The notes under the pieces are model-generated. The model searched no databases and had not been told where the DNA came from. It saw only the letters and a list, made by a program, of their open reading frames with translations. A stretch of 64,000 bases of DNA, taken from Vitrella brassicaformis CCMP3155. Its lineage: Eukaryota; Protista; Chromerida. The stretch is taken from contig CDMY01000286.1 in assembly GCA_001179505.1 (NCBI GenBank), forward strand, positions 62,001 to 126,000, read 5' to 3'. Both the position numbers and the translations under genes were made by a program. Position 1 is the first letter of the stretch; the number at the start of each line of letters is the position of its first letter. Positions 12,413 through 24,107 of this stretch are shown one piece after another.

Positions 12413-14507
12413 CTACTCATGTTCCCTCGCTGCCTCCAATGCCTTCCATCGCTCATCCATCCTCTTCTGCGCAAACGCTGGCAAAGCTCCAGGCCTCTGC
12501 GACCTGACAAACGACCAGAGCAGGACCATTTACGTGTCACTTTGGGCGTGATGTGTTTGTCGACCTCACCGCAAATTTCCCTCTGTCTTCAGTTCGAGCA
12601 GCAGGTCCGCCACAGGCCCCCACTCCTCCCACACACCCGCTGCCTCACTTGCTGGTCTGTCGTGCATGTGGCAGAGGGCCGCCAGCAGGTGGTACAGGGC
12701 CACCGGCGAGAGCCGAGACAGATACTGCGTATTGGAAGTTACCCGCACACGGATGCAGCGACTCAGTGCCTGAACGCGAGTGAATTGACACGAACAGATG
12801 GGGGGCATCTCTCTCCACGTGTCTGTGTCTGTGTCCGTGCTCACGCTGTCGAGCTGTCCGGCGGTGACGAATGCGTGGAGGATGATTGGCAGTGTCGATA
12901 GCTTGAGGCCATCCAGGCCACTCACGAGCGTACCAGAAAGCGCCGCAAACACCTCTCCATCAACCGGGCAGCGCGGGCTACTGCAACACAAAACACACCA
13001 AGAGAACAGACACAACGATTGTATGAGCAATATAGGCACACACGCTGCCCCCAGTTCTTCTCTCACTTGATGGTAGCGAGGCTCCGTGTGACCATGGCGA
13101 CATGTCTGGCCTCCCACATGCCCCCTGACCGCCCCAGCCCGCCCTTGCGCACCAGCCCGCCCTTGCCCCTCATGCGACCCTGCCTGCCTAGCCGAATGCC
13201 CGACGTCAGCAGCGCCTTGAGGTTGCTGATCAGAGAGGGAGGAGGGACGAAGCCAGTGCGGGCGTGGCTCCACAAGACGACAGAGAGGCCGTGGGGGCGG
13301 AACTCATTCAGCCGCTGAGACGCTGACTTGGCCACAGACTGCATGAGTACGACACACCAGAGGGGCGCATCTGAATGTGCGTCCGTGTAGTGTATCCCTC
13401 CTCTTGTTCACGTACATGGAATAGGTTCCTGTCGATCTTCATCCTCGGCAGGATGCGGCTGTGTCGGGGCTGCTGGCTCATGAGGTGGATCTTGGTCAAG
13501 CACCACAAACACGTGGCCAACTCAACGGTCGGCAGCTGACTCACTTGACCCGTCAACACGCGACTGAGTCCCGAGACGAAAGCAGGGAGGATGGACCGGG
13601 GCGGCTGGTGGCTCGCCGCCTTCTCGCCGTTGCGTCGATTTGGGTGTGTCGGCCTTGAGAGAATGTCGCCATCCCAGATCTCGAAATCGATCTCCATCAC
13701 CTCGCGGCGGAACGAGCTCTCGGGCGAGAAGTAGGCTGTATCGCTGCCTACACAGCAGGGGAACAGAGGTGAGAGACCAGTGGGCATTCCCGCCAGTGTG
13801 TGAATGCACTGACTTTCTTTTGTGCCGTCCTCCTCCATCTCGTCATCTTCTGCAGCAGCGGCTGACTCGCTTGCCGCGCCGTCGCTGTGTTTCAGCGAGA
13901 GGTCCGCCAGCCTCCCCAGACACCACAGCATCTTGACGGCGTGCTTCGAATTGAAGTCGCCAAGGCGGTCGATCAGCACCTCCACCGACCGCTCCAAGTC
14001 ATCCAAATCCCAGCCGCCCCTCTTATCTTGTTTCTGTGGAGCTCCGCCCGCCTTGGCCGAAGCCCACACAAACGCCGTCAGCTCGTGAGTCGAGAAGGCT
14101 GCTATCTGCCGGTGCGCATGAGTCCATAAAAGAGAGAACAGGGCCGGATCTGTCAAGTCGCACCGCGCCATCAGCCAACCGAGCCGCATGACGTCCCTGG
14201 GAACCGGCAGCCAGTCATGACTGTTGTCTTGTTGATGGAGGTAAGCCCCCAGCTGCGTCTTGATGCGCTCCTTCGTCACGCGGAAGCTGTCCCGTGCCCA
14301 TGTGTTGCGGGCAAGGGAGAAGTCGGCCTTGTATGCCAGCTTGAATAGAGCCTGGATCTCCTTCTGCAAGGCTGTTTCTGCGGCAGGAAAATCCGACGAA
14401 CTCGCTTTGGCCTCGGCTTTCATCGATGAATCAACTGCAGGCACGATTGATGAGTGGATCTGCAGATGAGCAGGAGCAGCACCAAGGCGCCGAGCGGACA
14501 GCCTCAT
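12413..14507 (-). CDS. Helical-repeat (HPR/OPR, RAP-associated type) organellar RNA-binding protein, multi-exon; start may lie further upstream
   Basis: Repeated helical-hairpin motifs: FSTHELTAFVWASAKAG, FNSKHAVKMLWCLGRL, LPTVELATCLWCLTKI, FRPHGLSVVLWSHARTG, LKLSTLPIILHAFVTAG, LSPVALYHLLAALC. Confidence 0.7.
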
Positions 14508-14734
14508 TTGCGGTTTGCTTTAACCTTCTGCGAGCTTAGACGCGCAGATCTTCCCCCTTTTTTCCTTCCCTCCTGGCGGTCTAAGCTGGGATCGTCGGGA
14601 GCCTTTCAATTGCATCATCTGCATTCGTTAATGCTGTGAGGCTCAGCGCATCAGACGTCAAGCAGAGAAGGACCGTCACGGTGGCTCACTCGCTCAGCCT
14701 GCCAGAACAAGTGAGTAAGCAAGCGAAAAAAGCA

Positions 14735-15265
14735 ATGCATTCATCCGATCTGCGTAGCCGTGTATGTGATTGCGTCGCTGCGCGTGTTTTGTCTCCTCAG
14801 TTGATGGAGGCTGACGGAGCGATGTCTGGCGGCCAGGGAGGGCTGCAGGAGCTCGTCACCGAAGGCGGCCAAGACCTCTCTGCCACTGCGGCCCGATGGA
14901 CGAATGAGCTGGCCCAGAAGGGAGACGAAATCATGTGGGCGCTGAGAGAAGGCGTGGAGCGCGTCAGCCATGGGAGAGCCTGCTGTTTGCCTCTCACTCG
15001 CGCGAGCGCGCGGCGTATGAGCATGTGAAGTTGCTGCAGGGGCAAGTGGAGGAGATGCAGCAGCTGATTTGTTCCTTGGAGGCCCAGCTACAGGACATGA
15101 CAGCGAACTGTGACCAGCTGAAGAAGGAGCTTGAGAGCTCGGGGTGTTGTCGAGCTATTCGGGATCTGACGGAGGGGCTTTTGGCTGTTCTCTTATTTCC
15201 CGTCCTGATAGTCCTGATTTTGCCTCTTGTGTTGTCTTAGTGCGGCTGGTGGCGGAACGGCTTGA
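14735..15265 (+). CDS. Small coiled-coil protein, multi-exon
   Basis: Exons LMEADGAMS...EGVERVSH and HVKLLQGQVEEMQQLICSLEAQLQDMTANCDQLKKELES (heptads). The predicted intron 15144-15240 gives a last exon ending in TGA at 15263-15265. Confidence 0.5.
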
Positions 15266-15425
15266 CGCACTTGCCGGCGTCGGCGTGATAGACGAAGCCG
15301 TGTGGGCACTCGGGGAGGGGGTCCTCTCGGACGGGACAGACGCCATGATTCTTGGCCGCTGCCATGGGCACATAACAGGCCGCCAGGAGAGCCAGCACAC
15401 ACGCCGCGACACCGCACTTCATCAT
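15237..15425 (-). CDS. 62-aa secreted Cys-containing peptide with one oocyst-wall-type module
   Basis: Single exon: MMKCGVAACVLALLAACYVPMAAA-KNHGVCPVREDPLPECPHGFVYHADAGKCVKPFRHQPH*. Signal peptide followed by a CPxG(F)...KC module. Confidence 0.65.
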   Translation of the reverse strand: MMKCGVAACVLALLAACYVPMAAAKNHGVCPVREDPLPECPHGFVYHADAGKCVKPFRHQPH

Positions 15426-15856
15426 CTTGTTCTTGTGGTTGCAGATCAAGAGGATGGAGGGAGACGGATCCGAGATGAGCTGGCAGGGATAAGAGAAGCT
15501 GGCACGAAGGGAAAGGCAGGGACACACAAAGAGAGATCTGGTTCGGATGAACTTGAGGATGGATGGATGGATGGATGGAAGGATAGATAGATGAGAGGGG
15601 AGAGAGGGAGAGGGAGAGGGAGAAAAATGAGCTCCCTCTGCGTCCTCCCCATGCCCTAACTGTTCCCGTGGAACGGATGAATAGGGAAACCCTAGTTATC
15701 TCCCCCTCTCCCTCTCTCCCTCCCCCCTCTCCCCATCTCACCCCTCCCGGCGACCTCAGATCTGCAGATCCTGCTGCCCACATCCATCCCTGAGTTGAGC
15801 TTTTCGTTTGTCCGTTACCTTCACATCAGTTGGTCTCCTCTTCTCTCGTCGTGACG

Positions 15857-16562
15857 ATGAAGCTGCTTCTGTGCCTCGTTGGCGCCCTCCTGCTGGCCGG
15901 TGCCGTGTGCGCTGATCCCTTCCCCACTGCCGCCGCGACCGCCGTGGATGCATCAGCTGATGCCGGCATCGCCCCTCCGGTATGCCTCAGAATGTCCTCC
16001 ACTTGTCACCATGCGCCTATCTGTCTTGTTTGCCTCTGATGCGTGAGTGCAGATGCCGACCAGGTTCCTGGCAAGCCGCGAGGCTACACCTCTCGATGAC
16101 GATGACGAGGGCAAGGAGCTGACGGAGCTCCCTCTTCACGCTGAGGTGATCACAGTGACACACGCCAACACCCACACACGTGTCTGCAGTCCACACAGAG
16201 CAGCATGAGCGGGCGCTTTTTTTGTCTCTGTGGGTGTGCAGGTTGATGGCGAGGATGAAGAAAGGCGACGCCTGGGCCTGGGCGTCCCCGTTCAGAGGCA
16301 CGTCCGTACAGAACACTTCGAGCACAGGGGTGTGAATAACTGCCATCGTACCAGGTGGCTGCTTGACCAGGCAAAGGCGAGGGGCCGTGCGATTGCAAGG
16401 CAATGGTCAAGCAGCTGTCGTGCCTGCGTGTGGCGACTCACCAGGGTAGGTCTTGCTGGACCCGTTCACAAGCAGTTCGGCACGAAGCCCTGGCCATCCA
16501 ATGCACGATGGTGCAAGCTAACGGGCAACGTTAAGATGTACTTTGCCAAGTACCACATCTGA
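15857..16562 (+). CDS. Secreted prepro-protein: signal peptide, acidic pro-region, RRRL site, basic C-terminal peptide
   Basis: MKLLLCLVGALLLAGAVCA; introns at 15980-16052 and ~16147-16242 are phase 0; DDDDEGKE...GEDEERRRLGLG; ends ...WCKLTGNVKMYFAKYHI*. Confidence 0.7.
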
Positions 16563-16837
16563 TTGGCTTCCAAAACGACGCGCGAAGCGGTGGCTGTCCG
16601 TTCACCGCATGGTTTCTGTTTATGTCTATTTTATGTGGGTCATGCTCCCTGCCTGCCTGTCTGCCGTGTCGCGCCTCGTGTTGTGGCTGTCGGTGAATCG
16701 AGTATGACTCAGACGCTCGTGCACCGTCCCCGTATCTGCTCTGCTCTGATCTGACTGCATACCATCTGTGTCTTCGTGTTGGTGTATGTGACCGTGTGGT
16801 CTCCGTGTGACGACCGAGTGCAGTGCATGGCGGGGGG

Positions 16838-17137
16838 NNNNNNNNNNNNNNNNNNNNNNNNNNNNNNNNNNNNNNNNNNNNNNNNNNNNNNNNNNNNNNN
16901 NNNNNNNNNNNNNNNNNNNNNNNNNNNNNNNNNNNNNNNNNNNNNNNNNNNNNNNNNNNNNNNNNNNNNNNNNNNNNNNNNNNNNNNNNNNNNNNNNNNN
17001 NNNNNNNNNNNNNNNNNNNNNNNNNNNNNNNNNNNNNNNNNNNNNNNNNNNNNNNNNNNNNNNNNNNNNNNNNNNNNNNNNNNNNNNNNNNNNNNNNNNN
17101 NNNNNNNNNNNNNNNNNNNNNNNNNNNNNNNNNNNNN
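16838..17137. other. Assembly gap (300 N)
   Basis: Run of N flanked by G runs. Confidence 1.
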
Positions 17138-17189
17138 GGGGGGGGCGACGGTGCCCTGACATCTTGCTGTCACCTGTGCTGTCCGTCGT

Positions 17190-17520
17190 TGAGCCGTCTG
17201 TGTGCACCGAGCTCTGACGTGATTTGACCCGACCTGACCTAACTGCTCCATTGTCTGTGTTTATATTTTCTGGTCTGATCATTGTTTGATAGCAAGTGAC
17301 TGCACTGAATGCTGATGTGTGTGTGTGTGTGTGCCCTCTGTACATATCCACTCCTTGCATGACCAGGGGTGGGTGGGTGGGATGGGACGGATGAGAGACA
17401 CCATGTACGTACGTACGTACGTAGGACACCTGCGCATACATCAATCAGACTTGCATCAAGTGAATGATATTATTCAGTCAGTAAGGGCGAAATGTGCACA
17501 GCCAGGTGGCTCATGACAAC
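17190..17520 (+). repeat. Dispersed repeat, copy 1; inverted relative to 21990-22361
   Basis: Shares ctgac..gatttgac..gacctgacc, caagtgactgcactg..tgctgatgtgtgt, ggatgagagac and aaatgtgc with the reverse complement of 21990-22361. Confidence 0.6.
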
Positions 17521-18961
17521 AGCTGCATACAAATGACTCAGCCCATGTCTCTCTCCCACTGATTCACGCAAGACTGAGCCGATGACAACGGAGGCATAAT
17601 CGATCTCGACAGCTGCTGCCCCTCCAGCAAATGACACACCTCGCCCAGTCAGTCGTGGATGCACCCCCATCCTCTGACTGGTCTATTCGCCCGCTGACCG
17701 CCGCACCCAAGACGACATCGGCATGAGTGAACACCCCTCCAGCCCCTCCCCTCACCACACACACATTATGATGCCCATGTATGTGTGTGTGTGTGCGTAT
17801 CAGCCCCCTCCCCGAGTGAGCTACCAGCGTCGGCAGATGGCCACCGGGAAGGTATATGTAGACACCCGTCAATATGACGTGGATGCAGGAGTGCATTTGA
17901 CCGCTTCCACACCGAGTCAGCCGCAGTGGACACTAGGGGCGCCCAGGTGGGTGAGCGTGTGTGGATGTATTTGGGTGTGCGTATGGTGGGTGCAGGGAGT
18001 GTGTGGCCGGTGTGGTGTGTGACGTATCATGTGGTTTTCTTTTGAACGTATCATATCATTCACTCGACGCCTGTCTGGTGTGGCAGGCAGATGTGTCTCG
18101 TCGGTCTCACCCCTGACCCTCATGGGACATACGTCCACACACACGGCACACACAGACACAGACACAGACACACGCATCAGCGGTGGTTCCCTTTTTGCGT
18201 GCCTTTCGTAATTGACGACCAACAGTGGAGAGGATTGTTCCGTTGTGAGTTAGTGAACAGGTGCTTCGTGACGTCTCACATGCATAAGCTGCCAGGCAAT
18301 TAAAACGAAGCCAACTGAACGACCATGCAAGGAAGAAGATGCGACAGGCAAGTGACAGGCACTAGGGGACAGCAATTCTCACGGGTACGGTAGGCACTGC
18401 ATCTTGCTTTACGTGCGCATTGTGCAGCAGCCTTTATTATGTGACACACCAGGGATTAGAATGGATTCATCATGCCTGCCTTCGTGTGTGTGAAATGAGT
18501 GGATGACAGCGTTTACATACATATGTGGCTCCATAAACAGACATACACCGGCTGCATGTCCTGATCAATGGCTTGCACCAGCTGCAATGCACAAACCAAA
18601 CGCCTTCTAACCGACGGCTGGTCGATGGATCGTGTGTTGGCATTTGCATGTCACTTAGCTTTCTTCGTCCTATCTTTCGCACCCCAGACCACCACACACA
18701 GCCATGTATTGCAGCGCGCTATTGCAACCACCCGCCCAGAGTTCCCCTTCCCCCGGTGCACACGGACATTCCCTCATGTCTGTCTGTCTGTCTGTCAGTC
18801 AGCTTAGATGCATTGTCATGCACTCCACAGGCGTAGACACATACAGTCACAGGCGGAGGTAGGCAGGCAGGCAGGCAGGCCAGAAGAAAATCACAGATAG
18901 GTATCGGGCAGACCCGGCGGCTGTTCAAGACGGACACACATTCGCACACTTACTCACACAA

Positions 18962-19165
18962 ACACATCAGGGCAGCATGACGATAAACACACACACAGGC
19001 AGAGAGCCACAGCCACTTAGTCATTACAGTCAGTCCAGCCACCGCACACACACTCACTTCAACAGACACACAGACACATACAGACACACACACACACAGG
19101 GGCACCAGCAGTGTGCTGACAGATCAGCTACACTGAGATGACAGGCAGACAGACAGCGGCGCACA
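18962..19165. repeat. Diverged copy of the 3'-flank repeat R, downstream of the TLDc gene
   Basis: Shares acacatcagggcag, tcattacagtcagtcca, cacaggggcaccagcagtgtg and cagatcagctacact with 23080-23275. Confidence 0.75.
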
Positions 19166-19256
19166 GAGGTCGGCACAAATTAATGGAAGGCACCCATTTA
19201 TGTCAGTGCAGCACGATAGAGGGCAAGGCACATCTCCGTCTCTCCCTCCCCCCTGA

Positions 19257-20117
19257 CTACTGCACCACACGCAGCACCTCTATCTCGTCAGCAATGAAGT
19301 CAAGCGACCCGCCCAACAGAGCATCCTTCTCGTCATCCCTCACTCCCGTGTAGCCCTCAGGCACATAGCCGCTGAAGGTGTACTGAAAGCAGCTGCGGAT
19401 GTCGGCAGCAGGCTGGTCACTGGGGTAGCCATCACCGAAAATGATAAATCCACCGATCACCATATTCGCACCCTCCGCATTCCTTTCCCTCCCCGCCACC
19501 CACACAGACTGCTCCCATTCGTCGATCTCGATCTTGGTCGGCTGAGGGAAGTGGCCGGCCAGTGAGAAATACCATACATCACACCCGGGCAGTTCGCATT
19601 CCTCGTAGCTTTCGCCAGTCGGGTCGTCGGGCAGCTGGATGCCGTCACTGACGTAGGCGCCGAAGACATACTTGTCCTTCTTGACCACAAACACGAGAGG
19701 CTTCGCGCCGCCCACATTGTCCAGCAGATCGCCATAGGTGGTGCCGTGCACAGACGTCCTTCAACACACACACACGGAATCTGCCCATTAGCTGTCACAC
19801 GGCCCCAGCTGAAGTGTGTGTGTACCGGTAGAGTGAGGTGAGTGGTGTGGTGTCATTGCCCCCCAACAGCCCGACCAGCGCCTCATACTCTGACGCAGAC
19901 AGCGACGTGTTGCCAGGAGGGGACACCTGCAGGCCGCGCAAACGGACCTGAACACACGAGTCAGCCATGGACACCAAAGCATCAGATGAGTGGGTGAATA
20001 GGTCACGGTGTGTGTGTGTGTGTCACGTACCTCCTGTGCGGGTCTTGCCTCTGTGCCAACACAGGTCCCCACCGCACACAGAATCATCATGATAACAGCA
20101 CTCCGCCAAGCAGCCAT
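19257..20117 (-). CDS. TLDc-domain protein with signal peptide (3 exons: 20117-20031, 19947-19826, 19758-19257)
   Basis: Splicing keeps the frame: MAAWRSAVIMMILCAVGTCVG...SLYRTSVHGTTYGDLL...LVFVVKKDKYVFGAYV...FIADEIEVLRV*. These match the TLDc hallmarks LLYR.S.HG, FGA(Y/F) and EIEV. Confidence 0.85.
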
Positions 20118-20427
20118 CACGTGAATGGGAGCAGAGAGAGAAGGGGACAGAGAGCCTTGTTGGTCAGAGGGAGGACGAGGCAGACAGACGCGAGATGAGG
20201 TGAGAGGGACGAGGAAGCTGACAGATTGCCTCTCGTCGGCTGATAGATCTCACCGGGTGCTACAATGACAATACTGAATCCCGATTGGAGAAGCCGCAAG
20301 CGTGGCACAGGAACAAAAGGAAACCCTCCTTCCTGCGTCTGAGCTCGCAAAGTGAACGGTTTTTAGGAAAAGGTGCCCTAAACCGTTTGCTAGAAAACCC
20401 GCCAGTGCACGTTTTCTCTTCCTTTCG

Positions 20428-21966
20428 ATGCGTGGGTTGGCCCACCGGCTGGTCCCCGCATGCCTGCCGCCTCTCGCTATCCCACCGCAACCACTCGCCG
20501 CGGGCAGATCTGCGCTTGCATCCCCAAGATGTGTGCGGCACCTGGCAACATCACGCAAGGAGGAGGGGGAAGATGACAGCACTGGCAGCAGCAGCAGCAG
20601 CGATGACGTGAGTGTGGTGAATGAGGGTCAGCGGGCGGTGGACGAGAGGAAGATAGGATAGTCTAAGAGAGAGGTCGACGACGGCCGCACGGAGCGACTC
20701 ATCATTGGCATGGTGAGAGCAACGCAGACGGACGGAAGAACGGATGAATGGCTGGCTGCACTGCCGCAGTAATCAATGTCGGCGTGTGTGCTGTGCTGGT
20801 CAGGATGAAGGTGCGGTCTCGCGTGCAGAGGAGGGAGTGCTGCTGCAGAGGTGGCGACGTGGCATACAGATCTACCCAGGTGGGTGGGTGCCACTGACGG
20901 AACCAAGCCCAGCACATCTCACACACTCGCACATCCATTGTGTGTGCAGGTGGCCCTGTTGACCGCTATCTGCCTCCAATGGACCCTTCGCGCTTCCTTG
21001 TCGAGCCCGACAAGCTGACGAGAGAGAAACAACGATTCCAGGTACTGCCAAATCACACACCCTGGATGGCCGACGGTGTTGTCTGTGCTGCCTCCCACAG
21101 GTGTTCTTCGCTGCCTTCCCCTGGCTGACCTTTCTGGCCATGCTGAGCTGAGCGCTCCTTTCGCCCTCGTGGCCACGTTGCTGCCACGGCTGGACGAGAA
21201 GGCACGGGCCAGCTTGGCGTCTGAGTCAGAGGAGCTGCTGCGGCTCTTCCGCGTCCCCGAGTTCGCCATTGTCCCATTCAGGTGCGTACGGAACAGACAG
21301 TCAGACGGACGCACACGCACACGCATACCCATACCCGGCGTGTGTTGGTGTGCTGATCGGTTTGTGCACAGGGCGTTGGTTGACGTCATAGAGCGTCCCC
21401 TGCACTCGCTGATCATATTCTTCCACCGTGACGTCTTCGGCACCTACGCCCTCCTGCCGCTGCTGGTCGACCTCGCCAGGCTGTTCAGGAACCACAACAT
21501 GCCCGTGGCTGTGGTGGCGGTCGATTTGGCCGGCAGCGATGTGCCCGACACACACAGAAAGAAATTCCCACCCGCCCTGTCGCCATTCAGCAGGTGTGTG
21601 TGAGGATAGAGAGACACACGGGGGGGAGGGGGGGCGAGAAACGAATGTGTGTATCCTCTGTGTGTTTTGGCTGGATGTGTATGTGTAGGTGTTGTGTCCC
21701 TACAGCCAGTCTGGCGAGCCGGGGCTGCTGGACCACGACGGCCCCTGGAACGCTGTGGAGATCGTCAAGACGGTGGAGAGCCAGGTCAACATCCCCGACA
21801 CACAGCACGTCTACAGGGATGCAAGAGTAAGCGACAGCGAATGCACAGCCACCCACCCATCCACACCTCTCTTTGTGTGTGTGTCTGTGTTGTGATGGTT
21901 TCTGGCTCGACTTTTAATCAGCTCAGTCATGTGTTGTGGTTTATGGCTGTCGTTGAATTTGGCTGA
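20428..21966 (+). CDS. Multi-exon protein with mitochondrial-transit-like N-terminus and a possible thioredoxin-like fold (no CxxC)
   Basis: Arg/Leu/Ala-rich start MRGLAHRLVP...; exons GPVDRYLPPMDPSRF and HSLIIFFHRDVFGTYALLPLLVDLARLF...VAVVAVDL. Confidence 0.5.
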
Positions 21967-21989
21967 ACAGCATGACTTTTAATCAATCA

Positions 21990-22361
21990 CCCGTTGATCG
22001 CTGTCGCCGTCTGTGTGTTGTGGGCACATTTTGCTCTCATTTGGATGCGTTTGAGAGCAAACATGTATGAGAGCGCATCATATGTGGACAAACAAATTCG
22101 CAAATGTGTCTCATCTAATGGATGTGTGTCTGGTTTGCACGTGTCTCTGGTCGGTCTCTCATCCACCCCGCCCCCGCCCTGCCCCTCCCTGCCCCTCCCT
22201 GCCCATCACACGCCACTCACGCACTTATACACACATCAGCAGGCAGTGCAGTCACTTGACATCGACAGAATGATGAGATCAGAGCGCACACGCACCAGTG
22301 CAGACAGCGAAACACCCAGGTCAGGTCAAGTCAAATCGTGTCAGCGCTCGACGCACCGACG
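21990..22361 (-). repeat. Dispersed repeat, copy 2; inverted relative to 17190-17520
   Basis: The reverse complement aligns by eye to 17190-17520 in several collinear blocks. Confidence 0.6.
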
Positions 22362-22935
22362 TCTAAGCAAAGCACTGAAATGAACAAAAACTAACGTACG
22401 AATGTTCAGGCTATGCAGGAAGAGAGCTGTTTGTTTCATTCGCACACAACGAAGAGCAGACCCAGGGGACTAGGCTGCGGGAGGCAGTGAGTGGCGAGGC
22501 GCTGCCGGCCGCCCAGTGAATGAATCAACGAAGGCCTACCTACACCTACACATCACTCTCACCGACCAGGCCGGAGCACAGGACAGTAAGTACAGCACAG
22601 TAGACCAACATGCACATACCGATACACATACGCCGAACAGACAGCAGGCAGCCAGGCAGCCAGCCAGGCCGTCTTTCCCCCGCCAAGGGAAGGGGGGCGC
22701 TGCCAGCTTGGGTGGGTGAGGGAGTGGCAGAGATGTAGCTCGGGCAGCAGGTGGGCATGGGGGAATGGCTGGCAGCAGCAGTGATCGTGATGCCTTGAAG
22801 GCTCCCCATTCGTCAACAGAAAAGAGTGGATGACCAAGTTGGGGATCAGAGAGAGCCTTGTTTGGTCAGGTGAGAGAGGGAAAGAAGCAGACGAGGGAAA
22901 GAAGCAGACAGATCCCTAAGCAGATCCCTAAGCTG

Positions 22936-22988
22936 AGGGTAAGCAACCCTGAACTACCCTCAACCCTAAGCCCTAATGTCTGCCTCCG
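22936..22988. promoter_or_regulatory. Palindrome plus telobox-like motif (copy 1)
   Basis: agggtaagcaaccctgaactaccctcaaccctaagccctaatgtctgcctccg; matches 45408-45438 and 52839-52881. Confidence 0.5.
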
Positions 22989-23043
22989 CTGCGTTTGGCT
23001 GCTTCGAGGATATATTTCTCTCTATTGCACTCTATATTGTCAT

Positions 23044-23603
23044 GCAAGTGTTCTGTGTCAGTCGGGCCACACACGTGCGTACACATCAGGGCAGGAGAAC
23101 GACTAACACACAGGTAGAGCCACACTCACTATTCATTACAGTCAGTCCAACACCGCACACACACTTCAGCAAAGAAACACAGCCACACACACACCAATAC
23201 ACACACAGGGGCACCAGCAGTGTGCCGGCAGATCAGCTACACTTAAGATGTCAAGGCAGGACAGACGCACAGGCAGACACACAGACAGACATCCAAACAC
23301 GGCACATCACATGCACCACACCAGACAGCACACCGACACATGGACAGGCTCACCACAGACACACGGGCACACACATGCAGTCACGTCAGCCACACACAGG
23401 CAGGCAGGCAGGCAGGCCATGTCGACACATTCCAAATCACAGTATGTAACAACACCATCCATAAATCACGAGAGAGAACAGGCCAACACACACGCAGTGT
23501 GCGCAGCAGGGCAGACAGCCAGCCCGACCAGAAGTCGTTACTACCAGAGAGAGACTAGTTCCGTTGCGCACATACAGCCACACACATACAGGCAGCCACA
23601 CGC
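23044..23603. repeat. Repeat R, copy 1 (3' flank of the aquaporin fragment)
   Basis: Near-identical to 24408-24967 (offset 1364; 3 substitutions seen by eye). Confidence 0.9.
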
Positions 23604-23692
23604 ACATCACATAGGCAGGCACACGCAGCACACACTGTGGCTACTCTATGGGTGACCACACAACGACCCATCACGCCACACCACCGATTTAG

Positions 23693-24107
23693 CTACTTGT
23701 CCTTCTTCCCGCCGTATTCGGCGGGTCGGACAGCATAGAAAATGGCGGCTGCCAGCGCCGCGCCGACGAGCGGTGCGGCAAGGTAGAGGCCGATGTAGTC
23801 CCAATGGCGGCCCTCGCTCTCCATTGTCAAAACGTGTGTGATTGTGACGCCGAACGAGACGGCGGGGTTGAGTGAGCAGCCACTCACGCCCCCAATGGCG
23901 ATGGCCGCCGACCCCACGGTGCTGCCGATGGCCAGGCCGAAGTAGTGGTTGGGTGTGTCCTGATTGGTCGTCGCCACGTTGAGGATCACGAGACACAGGG
24001 CACACGTGTACAGGATCTCCACCAGGCAGGCCGACATGATGGTGCCCCGCTTGTCGTCGATGGGCTCTAGGGCGAACGAGGCGCCCAGGACGCCAGAGTA
24101 CGTCAGG
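23693..24107 (-). CDS. Aquaporin 3' half; duplicate of 30750-31164, truncated by the gap
   Basis: The 23429-24107 block appears identical to 30486-31164 (offset 7057) and encodes GCSLNPAVSFG. Confidence 0.8.

Noticed and set aside
17520-18000. Exon-like fragments (QPPPRVSYQRRQMATGKVYVD...)
   Set aside because: Interrupted by stops; no coherent spliced model or family match.
22911-22980. Interstitial telomere or chromosome end
   Set aside because: The CCCTAA-like units are few and irregular; a promoter-like motif explains them better.
22976-23655. His/Thr/Gln-rich ORFs repeated at 24412-25259 and 30486-30712
   Set aside because: Translations of CA-rich repeat R on the non-coding strand.
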